This document shows, one piece after another, positions 23,999 through 34,200 of a DNA stretch of 64,000 nt. Both the position numbers and the translations under genes were made by a program. Within the stretch, counting starts at the first letter, position 1. Each line of letters starts with the position of its first letter. The notes beneath the pieces are model-generated. The model worked only from the letters and a program-made list of their open reading frames with translations. It made no database searches and had not been told where the DNA came from. The DNA comes from a virus (taxonomy: Duplodnaviria; Heunggongvirae; Uroviricota; Caudoviricetes), in the IMG/VR virus record IMGVR_UViG_3300020451_002055. One strand, given 5' to 3'.

Positions 23999-25044
23999 TC
24001 TGAGATCGACTCAGGATGATTGCCATCGAATGAGAGGACTCCGCCTTCGTAATAAGACAATATTGACCTAACTACATCATCGACAGAAATCATGTCCATG
24101 CACTTCGGTATCTTCAGCCCATCGCTGACAATAACCGGGAGCCTACAAAGAGCTTCCGGGTCGTCTTTCTCGTCTCCGTCTCCGACTTCTTGGCAACGGC
24201 TTCTCCAGCAGCCTCCGCCTATCGGCGAGCATGGCAGAGCCCCGCAGTTCTCAAGAAAACGATGACCCGGATAGGCTTCCCAATGAGCAGGCTCTCGGGC
24301 CCCGGCAACAACGACGCAAGGCCTTACATCAGGATGTCCTGGTTTCTGAGGAACAGCGGCAGCTAGGTGCATAACAGCCGTTACGGGACAAAGCACCCCA
24401 TCTGCATGATATACTAGCTTGATAAGGTCTCGTAAAGAAGTCTTTCCAATCGCATTGATAGCCTCAGGTATCTCTTGATGGAAATCCGACTCCGTACCTA
24501 TCTGAACAAACTGAATGCGATCGCCAAGTCTAGATACGACTTCCCTATACCTGTCAGGATCCCACCACTTGGCGGTAAAGTCATACTTGCCGCCAGCATT
24601 GATGATCCAATAGTTCGATTCGATGCCGAGACGATCATGAAGGTCTCTATCGATCTTCTCTTCTTCCGCGAGATGAATATCGCCCTTGAAGTCGCCTTGA
24701 GGTATATGGCCGAATATGCCTGCTATGTATTTCCGATAGCCATGAATGAAGTGATAGGGCCTCTGATTGCTTTCCTGAATGAGATGATAGAATACTGAAT
24801 GACTTTCTATCTCATTGCCTTCTTCATCAAAATAGCGGTCTCCGACCCTCTCATAGAAAAAGTCGGAGACATTCGGATTGTTCAAAAGCAAATCAGAATG
24901 CTTGCAATCAACAGCTACTTCGTAGCGATATCCGTAGGAGGCTACAAAGTCTCTGATTGCGGCAGTAAGGACAACGACATCGCCCGGAGGGAGTTCAGTC
25001 CTCAGTATCACTTTCTTCTTTGATCGATTCAAGGTATCTCTCAT
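23956..25044 (-). CDS. glycosyltransferase family 9 (heptosyltransferase-like)
   Basis: PGDVVVLTA, NNP, AGGK..K.W, VQIG, GKTSLRDL..L..ADG, MHLAAA, CMD.I. Confidence 0.9.
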   Translation of the reverse strand: MRDTLNRSKKKVILRTELPPGDVVVLTAAIRDFVASYGYRYEVAVDCKHSDLLLNNPNVSDFFYERVGDRYFDEEGNEIESHSVFYHLIQESNQRPYHFIHGYRKYIAGIFGHIPQGDFKGDIHLAEEEKIDRDLHDRLGIESNYWIINAGGKYDFTAKWWDPDRYREVVSRLGDRIQFVQIGTESDFHQEIPEAINAIGKTSLRDLIKLVYHADGVLCPVTAVMHLAAAVPQKPGHPDVRPCVVVAGAREPAHWEAYPGHRFLENCGALPCSPIGGGCWRSRCQEVGDGDEKDDPEALCRLPVIVSDGLKIPKCMDMISVDDVVRSILSYYEGGVLSFDGNHPESISDWQTTHQYKPGSNK

Positions 25045-25681
25045 GAGCTTCTTCGCTTCGCTTTAGTACGCAGAATCCCATGAAGCTTGTTCCTCGCAAG
25101 ACCTTGTGATGCTGAGAATGGATTAGAGAGTTGTAGCCTAGAGCGGAACCAGCTTCGAGATGATGCATGATTGGGTCATTGCCTTCTCCGTTGTAAAACT
25201 CGATCTCTCCGCCGATGAAGTCGTCATTGAAAGCGATGAGCAAAGAGTAGCATCTAGGGAGACCTGGCTTACTGTCTGCATGCCATACGAAGAAGTCGGC
25301 CTGATCAGAACGGATAAGCTGACATATCTCGACCTCAAGCTCATGGATTGGAAGACCATCTTCTTGAGCTTTCTTGAAAGTCTCTGTCTGCAATCTTTCA
25401 AGCAGCTTGATCAACCGTTCATCCGAAGTATCTTCCTTTTCGATAAGCTTCTGTCTGCGGATAGTAGGCATGACCATGTAGGAATTGCCATTATCCGTCA
25501 CTTGAGCCACTCGCCAATCTTCGCTCTCATCAAGATATTGAACCATAGAAGCGAGTTCATCTGCATCTATGACATTCTTGAAAAGTTGGTAGTGGTCCTT
25601 AGCCAAATAGGTGTCGGAATGCTTCATAGTCTTCTCCATCGCCTCGGCGTCCGCAGGCGTCCATAATGATACCAAATCCAT
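24995..25681 (-). CDS. 2OG-Fe(II) oxygenase (prolyl-hydroxylase-like)
   Basis: WHAD, S....NDDF.GGEI.F, H...V.RG. Confidence 0.8.
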   Translation of the reverse strand: MDLVSLWTPADAEAMEKTMKHSDTYLAKDHYQLFKNVIDADELASMVQYLDESEDWRVAQVTDNGNSYMVMPTIRRQKLIEKEDTSDERLIKLLERLQTETFKKAQEDGLPIHELEVEICQLIRSDQADFFVWHADSKPGLPRCYSLLIAFNDDFIGGEIEFYNGEGNDPIMHHLEAGSALGYNSLIHSQHHKVLRGTSFMGFCVLKRSEEAHERYLESIKEESDTED

Positions 25682-26390
25682 TCATGTCGCAAATCTGATA
25701 TCCGGCCTGTTTTACAGCCTCCGAGAGCAATACATCTCCAAGAATTTTGCTCATGCCCGGAGCGGGCCAATTCAAAACATCTCTCAATACATGGGTTCGG
25801 GCCATGTAAGCTGACCCAAGAACGAACTCATGCTTCACATAATCAGAAGGCATATCTCCCATTTTCATTTTGCCGGATGGGATAGGGCCTCCTTTGTACC
25901 ATTTCTGAGAACGAATCCAATCGTAAACAGTATCTCTCATTTCGGCTCGTTTTTCGATATCGCCATAACCGCCCACATGACTGAACATGGATTCAACATA
26001 GACCATCTTACCCCAGAGCGCTACCGACTTGTCCGCTTCTTCAGCAGCCTCAATGTAACGATCCAGCGTATCAGGAAACTCAATAGCGCTATCGTCATCG
26101 AGCCACAAATGGTACTCAGTTTCCATATCGCAAAGCATGCGCTTATGCATCGGGTCTTTATTGAGATTATGCTTTGAGATGTAGATATCGTCGATCTCAT
26201 TGCGCAGCGAATCGACAAAGCTCATTGTCTCATCTGATACCTGGTTACAACCCACTCTTAGATAAAACTTGGATCGATCGCAATGGGCAAAGATTGATCC
26301 AAGAACCCTTCTAGCCAAGACAGGAAAATCACCATACAGACAGGTGCATATAGTCAATTTGCGATCATTAAATGATATCGGCATAGCCAT
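25599..26390 (-). CDS. GT-A fold glycosyltransferase (family 2-like)
   Basis: N.NK.P..R, WLDDDS, GDVLL. Confidence 0.7.
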   Translation of the reverse strand: MAMPISFNDRKLTICTCLYGDFPVLARRVLGSIFAHCDRSKFYLRVGCNQVSDETMSFVDSLRNEIDDIYISKHNLNKDPMHKRMLCDMETEYHLWLDDDSAIEFPDTLDRYIEAAEEADKSVALWGKMVYVESMFSHVGGYGDIEKRAEMRDTVYDWIRSQKWYKGGPIPSGKMKMGDMPSDYVKHEFVLGSAYMARTHVLRDVLNWPAPGMSKILGDVLLSEAVKQAGYQICDMNGFGIIMDACGRRGDGEDYEAFRHLFG

Positions 26391-27147
26391 AGTCCCTCAA
26401 AGCCCAATAGAGATGAGACTCCGCTCCCTCAAGGTATGTTTCTGTACCATTCCCATATATCTGATTATGGTACTTACAGTAATCTGGCACTACTCTTACG
26501 CCTCTTATATACGAAGGTAATCGACCATGTTTTTCTTTGAAGCTCTTCGCGTGCGAAGACAGTATGGCAGACTCAGGAAGGGCCAAACAGTGATGAGCAG
26601 TCGGCCTAAGATTTGTCTTCATATGACTTGAGCAGTCTTCTATGAAGTAGAAGAGTTTGGCAGCGGTAAAGATATCATTCGGGATAGGATGATTTTGGAC
26701 CGTTCCATAAAAGTCAGGCATGGCGCTGATAGCCCTAGAAAAATAAGGGTCATGAGGTTCGCAGCCCATCATGTGAGAACCATAATACCTGTAATGACGC
26801 ATAACAACGCATCTTCTAGTAGAGTAGGTCAGCGGCTCTATGCTTCTGAAAAGAAATGTATCTGGATCGAGAGCTACGCCGCCGTATCTAACGATCAATT
26901 GCATTCCTATGAAAGACGCTGCGAAAGCTATCAGGTCATCCTGCAAAATTCCATCTATGATGTTTTGACAATGCAAATCAGGCAAGTCATCTAGCTTCCA
27001 AACTTTGACTTCCCAGTCGGGATGAAGCTTTGTCATCCTGTCAACGCATATAGAGAAAGTGTCGCACCATGAATCATGGGGCCATACAACATGAATCTTC
27101 TTAGGTATGCGTTGCGTAACAGCGCCTACTTCAAGTTCATCTTGCAT
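26368..27147 (-). CDS. glycosyltransferase family 32-like
   Basis: IPKKIH.VW, HPDWE...W, YGGVALDPD. Confidence 0.8.
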   Translation of the reverse strand: MQDELEVGAVTQRIPKKIHVVWPHDSWCDTFSICVDRMTKLHPDWEVKVWKLDDLPDLHCQNIIDGILQDDLIAFAASFIGMQLIVRYGGVALDPDTFLFRSIEPLTYSTRRCVVMRHYRYYGSHMMGCEPHDPYFSRAISAMPDFYGTVQNHPIPNDIFTAAKLFYFIEDCSSHMKTNLRPTAHHCLALPESAILSSHAKSFKEKHGRLPSYIRGVRVVPDYCKYHNQIYGNGTETYLEGAESHLYWALRDYGYADII

Positions 27148-27833
27148 TACAACCCTTCTTTCTCAAGATAGTCCAGAGTCTTAGTCATTCTCTCTGTAAT
27201 GCTTCCCAAATCTTTATGGCCCCAGTAATGGAGTCCATACCAATTGTTCTTAATGCCTTGCTCCATCTTTTCTGCGAACTCAACCCAATCCCAATACTGA
27301 CAGAATGCAACGAAGTATTCTCTCGGCACAATAAAGAGTTCATCGGGCCATTGCTGAGCAGAATCAGAGTAGAAAAAGATACCGCCCGACATCAGTATCG
27401 AGTCGGTATCCCTATGGCCGAAATAGTTTGATCTCAACCTATTGATGATGTTATGAAGTAAAGGATGGTTTTGTTCTGCTGCAATGAAGCAGTTTGTTAG
27501 CGTTACGCTATTCTCTTCTATGATTACTTCTGATTTGTTATGTATCAGTTCATCAAAAGACTTGAAATAGATGATATCAAAATCTGAGTAAACTCCTCCA
27601 TACCTCGCAAGTATCTCATAGCGATAGCAGTCAGAGATAACGCTTGTAAGTTCTCCCTGTTTCCTGATGTCATCAACAACTGACTGATTGATTAAATCAG
27701 TTGGCAAGTTATCATCAGTCCAGAGCATATATTCATAGTCTGGATGCAGCCTTTTTAGACGCTCCGCGGCTCGCTGAAACGTTTCTGGGACTTCTCCGCC
27801 AAGCCATATCTGATGTATGATCTTTGGTATCAT
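27147..27833 (-). CDS. glycosyltransferase family 32 (DXD)
   Basis: MIPKIIHQIWLGG, SD.YRYEIL..YGGVY.DFD. Confidence 0.92.
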   Translation of the reverse strand: MIPKIIHQIWLGGEVPETFQRAAERLKRLHPDYEYMLWTDDNLPTDLINQSVVDDIRKQGELTSVISDCYRYEILARYGGVYSDFDIIYFKSFDELIHNKSEVIIEENSVTLTNCFIAAEQNHPLLHNIINRLRSNYFGHRDTDSILMSGGIFFYSDSAQQWPDELFIVPREYFVAFCQYWDWVEFAEKMEQGIKNNWYGLHYWGHKDLGSITERMTKTLDYLEKEGL

Positions 27834-27847
27834 GCTATTTCCTTTCG

Positions 27848-28603
27848 TTATGGCATGAATGCGCCCGTACCCATACCCCCACCTGAGCTTGAGCTAGACG
27901 GAGGCGGCGGAGGCGGAGGCGGAGGCGGAGGCGGAGGCGGCGGCGGAGGCGGAGGCGGAGGCGGAGGTGGCGGCGGAGGCGGAGGCGGAGGTGGCGGAGG
28001 CGGAGGCGGAGGCGGTGGCGGTGGAGGCGGCGGAGGCGGCGGCGGGTCTCCTCCGCAGCTATCATCAAACGGATAACGAACGACCATGCGACCATGGAAA
28101 TGAATGAGACGATTCAGAGTAAAGATCATCTCATTGAGAAGATCGCCTATCTCCTTAGCAAAGTCTATGATATTGGTTATGCTTGAAGCATCAGGCACGT
28201 CGCTCCAATCCGCAGCAGCATTCGGCAAAACAGCGGGCAGACCGACGATAGGGATTCCATTTTCTAGAATGAAGAAGCCAATGTAAGTATCGCAAGTTGA
28301 CAGCTTACCATAGCTGTCGATCAGAGTTCCTGTAACAAACTGAGATATGGCATCTTGGAAACGCTGAACTGCGGAAACAACTGCGGCAGGAGTCTCAACA
28401 GAATAGTTCTCGACATCAATAAAGGCGAACGCGGGTATATTGAAACCGATCTGAATAGCAGCCTGTCTCTGTAGGATCAAATCGCTCATGAACGCAAACG
28501 ATTCGTCGAAGTCTGCGAACTCAAACACGTCAGGTTCGAATGTACTCTGCAGATCGAATGACTGAGAATACTGAGAAATATCAGATGGGTCTCTATCAGG
28601 CAT
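27848..28603 (-). CDS. hypothetical protein with 49-residue polyproline tract
   Basis: Collinear ORF; P49 near the C-terminus. Confidence 0.8.
   Translation of the reverse strand: MPDRDPSDISQYSQSFDLQSTFEPDVFEFADFDESFAFMSDLILQRQAAIQIGFNIPAFAFIDVENYSVETPAAVVSAVQRFQDAISQFVTGTLIDSYGKLSTCDTYIGFFILENGIPIVGLPAVLPNAAADWSDVPDASSITNIIDFAKEIGDLLNEMIFTLNRLIHFHGRMVVRYPFDDSCGGDPPPPPPPPPPPPPPPPPPPPPPPPPPPPPPPPPPPPPPPPPPPPPPPPPSSSSSGGGMGTGAFMP
27899..28045 (-). repeat. CCN codon repeat encoding 49 prolines
   Basis: 147 nt of CCG/CCT/CCA codons. Confidence 0.95.
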
Positions 28604-29249
28604 TGGAGGTTTCTACCCCTAGATTTGTCAGCCCTTTGTAGCTGATGAATGAATCGTTTACGCAGTACATGCTGATGCTCTTATCGGTCAGCTTCCTTGA
28701 CAGTTCCTCGATGCACGAAACCGGGCTATCCTGAGAAATATCTGACAAGACAGATTTGGAAGCGACTATGCAGCCATACTGAAGGCACTCAACTTGGTCT
28801 CGCCCAGTCCTTTTCTCATCGGCGATTATGGGCTTAGATGATCCGTCTTCACTCAAATACGATCCATACACGAATCCATCTATGTCTCCCAAGTCTTTGA
28901 GAGCCGCGCAATAAACAGCATCGGGCTGACTCCGATAGGCTTCAAAAAGCCTGGTCAAGCTCATAGGACTAATCGCCGCGTCGCCGTCGAAGAACAGAAC
29001 GCAGTCGTTGTATGCAGACTCGTGAACCGAAGTCATAATTTCGATAGGTCGTAAAGCAGGACTTACCTGAAGTAGTCCTATGTATTTGACTCGACGTATG
29101 ATATCTGCTTCAGCTTTGCGAGTCGCGCTGGCTACAGCAAAAGTCTCAGATGGCTTCGCATGAAGCATGCTTGTGATCTGTAAAGCGCATTTAGCTATCT
29201 CTCCGGTATGCCCTGGTATGATGAATGCGCTTGCTATTATTCCGTCCAT
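28596..29249 (-). CDS. divergent GT-A-like protein
   Basis: VLFFDGD DxD motif, otherwise weak. Confidence 0.55.
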   Translation of the reverse strand: MDGIIASAFIIPGHTGEIAKCALQITSMLHAKPSETFAVASATRKAEADIIRRVKYIGLLQVSPALRPIEIMTSVHESAYNDCVLFFDGDAAISPMSLTRLFEAYRSQPDAVYCAALKDLGDIDGFVYGSYLSEDGSSKPIIADEKRTGRDQVECLQYGCIVASKSVLSDISQDSPVSCIEELSRKLTDKSISMYCVNDSFISYKGLTNLGVETSNA

Positions 29250-31225
29250 GAAATGAAACCTCCGCCTCCAACGGCTCCGATGATCTCAAGATTCTCTAGA
29301 CCTGTACTCGGATTAACGCCTACGGCGCGGATAGTAAAATCAGGATCAAGTTCGATAGCGGCTCTAGCCATAATGTCTTCCATATAGCTGATAAGGCCTG
29401 AACCAGAACATCCAGCATCGATAAACTCGCCATCGCCGATAACGACGCAAGCTCTTAGCTTGCGACCATTTCCATCGGCAGGCACGTTGAATATCTGCTC
29501 AAAGGTGTTGCCGTTATACGGGTTGCCCGGCTCCGTTCTTGGGGTACAGAAGTCAGTTCCGCTGAAGTCTGTATCTCTATCTCTGTACTGAGTTTGAAGA
29601 TAGTTGATAGCATCGGCTTTGTTGGTGAACGTTGCTATGTCGCTAAACAATCCTGCAAACTGAATAAATGACATCTGTTCGCCGTCTTCAACAAAGTCAT
29701 TGATATATGCCGTAAGGTCTCTTACAACCAGTTCTTCTCTCGGTATAGTTCCGCCGCCTGGAATACTCATAGAACCAGACGAGTCAATAACAAAGCACCA
29801 AGGCGTAGCCCCAGGAAAGAAAGGAACCTCGTATGACTTGAGATCTTCTCCAGCCTGACAACTAGACATACCAACAATATTAGGTCCGAGATTGACGCCG
29901 GATACCGTTGTTCTTGTCCCGTCTGATCTGTTGATCTCATAGAGCGTGCCCGCAGACAGGACTCCGTAGAAGCTGATGAAGTTGCCGCTACCAAGATCAA
30001 GAATGAAGTCAAGACCTGTAACAGATGCAAGCAGGTTGTCATTGTTTCCTACAGGAGCGATAGCTCCGAAGCCCGCTCCGGCAGGACTTGTAAAGTCGAT
30101 CGTAGCAAGGTTGTCGTTGAAGACGCAGTAGCAGTTGCCAAAGGTGTCAAAGGCGATATCGCCAAGCTGATCATCGCCCGCTCCAAGAGCGCCGGAGACC
30201 TTCGTTACATCCCATGTGGTCTCATCAGAGAACCTTAGTTCAAAGAGCTTGTCGCCAGCAACGATATAGAGAAGCTCTTGATCCTGACTGTAAGCCATTG
30301 CAGGCTTGCCGTTGAATGTCGTCGAAGTTAGACCCGCAGAAAAGAGGTTGTTAAGCTCTGTAGAGCCGTTGATAGTAGCGTAGGGTTGGGCCAGCGCTAG
30401 GCCGTCAACAGTTCCCGGCAGAACATCTGCTTCTCCGGGTAGTATTCGCTTTAGGCCGTTTTCCTCAAGCCCCCATAGGAAGTCTCTTGTATCCCATGCA
30501 AGATCATGCCAAGTATTGTCAACATCTCCGCCCTCGGCATCAGTGATTCTTCCGCGAGAAATAAGGGCCTGCGAAGGCGATGCTTCGAAGTCGTAATAGC
30601 GTAGCTGCCAGTCGTCTCCATCTTTAGCGATGACCCAAAGGCGAGAGCAGTCTCGAATCTCGCTCGGGGGATCGCCCGGGTCGCCCGGGTCATCGAGAGG
30701 AATATCGCAGCATCCGATTTCAGTAAGAACATCGATCTCCGGCCAACGGAATACAACGCTGTTCAGTTCGTCAATGATCTCTTCATATACGCCGCCATCT
30801 TCCGTGCATAGAGTATCAGGAGGACCAGTGGATACGCAGAGAATTTCTCCTGCAACGGTGTCTCCTGAATCATATGCAACAAGAAGCTCATATGAGAAAA
30901 TGCGCCTATTTGCTTCGTCAATGACATCTTCATAGGAAGAAACATCTACGAATGCATCTCCGCTAAAATCAGGATCACTACCGTCGAGTTGAGCTACCGT
31001 AGGGCGAAAATAAAACCAGCCCGGAGCTTCATTGCTGTCCCATGCAGCAGGAACAGCGGTCAACACGCTACAATCATCGTAGCGAGCAAAGATGACATCG
31101 CTGTTGTTGATGTCATCTAGATCATTGCCAACACTCGATATCGAAAAGATATTGCTACCGCCGGAACGGTTCTGGATGTTGAACCGAACATGGAACCATT
31201 TGCGTTGTTCGTCACATGCTGGCAT
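29237..31225 (-). CDS. probable virion protein with beta-propeller-like repeats and C-terminal vWA domain
   Basis: DLAWD / DIAFD repeats; VIDSSGSM, GTDF, IGDGE MIDAS motifs. Confidence 0.75.
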   Translation of the reverse strand: MPACDEQRKWFHVRFNIQNRSGGSNIFSISSVGNDLDDINNSDVIFARYDDCSVLTAVPAAWDSNEAPGWFYFRPTVAQLDGSDPDFSGDAFVDVSSYEDVIDEANRRIFSYELLVAYDSGDTVAGEILCVSTGPPDTLCTEDGGVYEEIIDELNSVVFRWPEIDVLTEIGCCDIPLDDPGDPGDPPSEIRDCSRLWVIAKDGDDWQLRYYDFEASPSQALISRGRITDAEGGDVDNTWHDLAWDTRDFLWGLEENGLKRILPGEADVLPGTVDGLALAQPYATINGSTELNNLFSAGLTSTTFNGKPAMAYSQDQELLYIVAGDKLFELRFSDETTWDVTKVSGALGAGDDQLGDIAFDTFGNCYCVFNDNLATIDFTSPAGAGFGAIAPVGNNDNLLASVTGLDFILDLGSGNFISFYGVLSAGTLYEINRSDGTRTTVSGVNLGPNIVGMSSCQAGEDLKSYEVPFFPGATPWCFVIDSSGSMSIPGGGTIPREELVVRDLTAYINDFVEDGEQMSFIQFAGLFSDIATFTNKADAINYLQTQYRDRDTDFSGTDFCTPRTEPGNPYNGNTFEQIFNVPADGNGRKLRACVVIGDGEFIDAGCSGSGLISYMEDIMARAAIELDPDFTIRAVGVNPSTGLENLEIIGAVGGGGFISWTE

Positions 31226-34200
31226 TATGTTTCTCGCCTATAGTAGTACTTATAGCAGAACTCTAGCTCGGGAGCAGAAAATGTCGAGTTAGATATGATC
31301 GAGTCCACGCCTATGAGTATATCGTCCTGTCTTAGCCCAGGTTCCCAGTCCTGGAACTGATATCCGATCGAAGCAATAACGATTTCATTCGGTCCGCATT
31401 CAAACTCCGTATCAATGCCAGGGAATAGGAATCTCGGCTTAATGTAGAGATACGGAGCGTCTCCGTTGATAATCTGAGATATGCGAACCGGATCGGTTAT
31501 CGGCTCATCTTCATCTTCGATAAACACAAGTTCCTGATTGAGTCTATCGGACAATGGTTCATTATCGCTTAGATCGCCACATTCAGGATTTTGAATGGTT
31601 CCAAAGTCCGATCTTGACGGGAAGAAGTATCCTTCTACAGAAGCAGAGTATGTTCCCTTGATGAGTAGTAAAGCGTTTCCGGTCTCAAAGACAGGCACGC
31701 CTTCTACCGTAATCAAGAGCGGGAAGCTAAGCCTTGCGTTGTCTCCATCACCATCAACATCTAGACGCTGACAGTCGATGTAATCCTGATACGAAATGAC
31801 CAGAGTGTTCTCGATCGCGTCCGGCGGCTCAGGGTTCGGCGGGTCGGTAAGATTCCAGAAGAAGTCGCAAAGACCGATATCGAATACGCAAGTGTAGTCG
31901 GCAAAAGCAGTAACTCTTGCAATACCTTGGGCTCCCGACTCTCTGCCTTCAACAAGAATATCGATGTCTACAGAACATCCATCTAGAGAGTTCGCAGGAG
32001 CCGCAGCCCTAAGCTGAGAAAGATATCGCTTGACTCCGGCTTCTATACGCAAGACAGCAACTCTTGGGAAGCCCGGAACAGGTATGACATCAATTGCAGC
32101 CAGAACAGCCGGATCTATATTGTCAGAATTGAAGAACTCGAAGTTGTATGCCTCATCGGAATCGATCGTCGTATGATCAAACGAGAAGTTGAGGTAGTCA
32201 AACTCTCCGTCAAGTACTCGTCTGATTTCTGCCTCGGGACCGATGAGGACATCCCAGATGCCTCGGTTATCGAGAACGAGACCGAATACTCGACCTTGCT
32301 GCGATTCTGTCATAGAGGCGTTGAGGTTGGTTCTATTGAGAGCCAAGAACGCAAACTCGTCAAGCTCCGCCGGGAAGTTGTTGATCTGAACCTGAATCGA
32401 ATCCAAGATAGCAGTATCATCTGCGAACAACGTCATGATGTTCGCTTCTGCAGGAATAATGAAGACCGCAGGCGTATTGCCGCCGTTCCAGTCCGCATCT
32501 TCCCATACATCAAACGGGCTGCCATTTAGTTGAGTTCCGTTAGTCACTTCAGAAGGGAAGCCATTAGAGAATCTTGTTAGACCTTGATAGTCAGACGGAT
32601 TCGATGTATAGCTAGTTGCATCTACGTCTTGTCTTGTTCTGGCAAGAATGTAGATTTCGTCTGCTTCGATGACGCTGAAAGTAACATCAAACAGAGTATT
32701 GAAGCCCGGCTCAAAGAAGGCGTTTGGAGCAGGATTGATGAAGTATTCCCCATCGCTGTTTCGGTATCCGCCCAAAGCAACCTGAATGCCTTGCTCATCG
32801 ATGTTCGGACCGACATCCCCAACCCAGTTAAGATTGTAGTCAAGATAGATGAACTCTCTTGGGGCAGCAGGCGGATCGATGGCCGAAACATTGCCGGTAA
32901 AGACAACATCGGCTACCGTCATATCCTGAGTAACATCAAACGAGTTGAGATTGCCAGGAATCGCATCTGGGCGATCAGAAGTGCCAGTATCTATAGAAGC
33001 GACGAGATCTCTTGAGTTCCATTCTTGATTGATGGTAGAAACAAGAGATTCGATCGTTCCAAAGTTATCAAGCTGGTACGAAGCTACTCGGGGTTGCTCG
33101 AACTCTGCTTCGATTACAGCAGACTCGCCGCTGTTCGCTATCGATGTAGGAGCAAGGACGCCGAACTCCTGAACTTCAACAGAGCCATTGCCATTCAGCG
33201 GACCTGCCGAAACAATGCCGGGATATCGAGCAGAAATAATCGCAGACAGTTCATCTACAGTCTGAGTTGAACCCGCTATAGATGTGGTAAAATCATCTTC
33301 GAGATTGTACAGAGGGAATGTAGCTGTGCCGCCGATTCGATCCTGACCGCCGCGGATAACAATCTTGTTCGCATCTGTACTAGTTGTTTCGGGTATGTCC
33401 GCTAGAGACGTATTGCCCTCTCTTCTCCAAGTCCCATTAGGAGCAACCGCCATAGAGTTTACATCGCCATAGTAAAGACCTGGAGTTGACTGAATAAAAG
33501 GAGCCTCAGAGTTCAAGAAATCGCATACGCTTTGAATTGTTGTAAAGTTGCTATGATTAACAGTATCAGTTTCTTGATAGTAGTATAGGAAGCGACTCGG
33601 GTCATTTCTGGAATTCGTTATGAAAAGACCGCTAAAAGTGGTTAAATTCTCAGAGCGATAGCCAGGACTAGTATCTCCCTCTCCATTATTGAGGCACTTA
33701 GGCAAGCCCGGAAAATCCTTCCAAGTATCAGGCATGCCGCCATACTCAGTATCGCTAACCGGCAATCTAAGAGACTGTCCATAAGCATTTTCGTAAGATG
33801 CTCGAACATCAAGTATTTCTCTAAAAGTCGTGTTGTCATTGAGAGGAACTGTCCATGTATAGTTCGGGTCATTGAGGGAAATCGGGTCAATCGTAGTGCT
33901 AAGATCAAGCGTATCGTTCACATCAGTAGCAGTTACGCCGTCAAGGAACTCCGAGGCAACGTAGTTATTGATCTCTGTCCTGTTGACAACAAGACTAACA
34001 TCATCCCACCCATCAATAGTTGCGATCCAGTCATTCACTGCTTGGGCGATAGACTCAAGAGTTGTATATGTAGCAAACAAAAATATCTGAGCTTGAAGCG
34101 TGCCGGAAACATCTTCCCCTTCAATACGGATACGATTCTGAATCTTATCTACTTCGAAGCTAATTGGGACTCCAAAGTTATTTCTAAAAGTCATAATCCC

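Noticed and set aside
27813-28095. Poly-Gly (+) and poly-Arg/Leu (-) ORFs
   Set aside because: These are alternative frames of the polyproline codon repeat.
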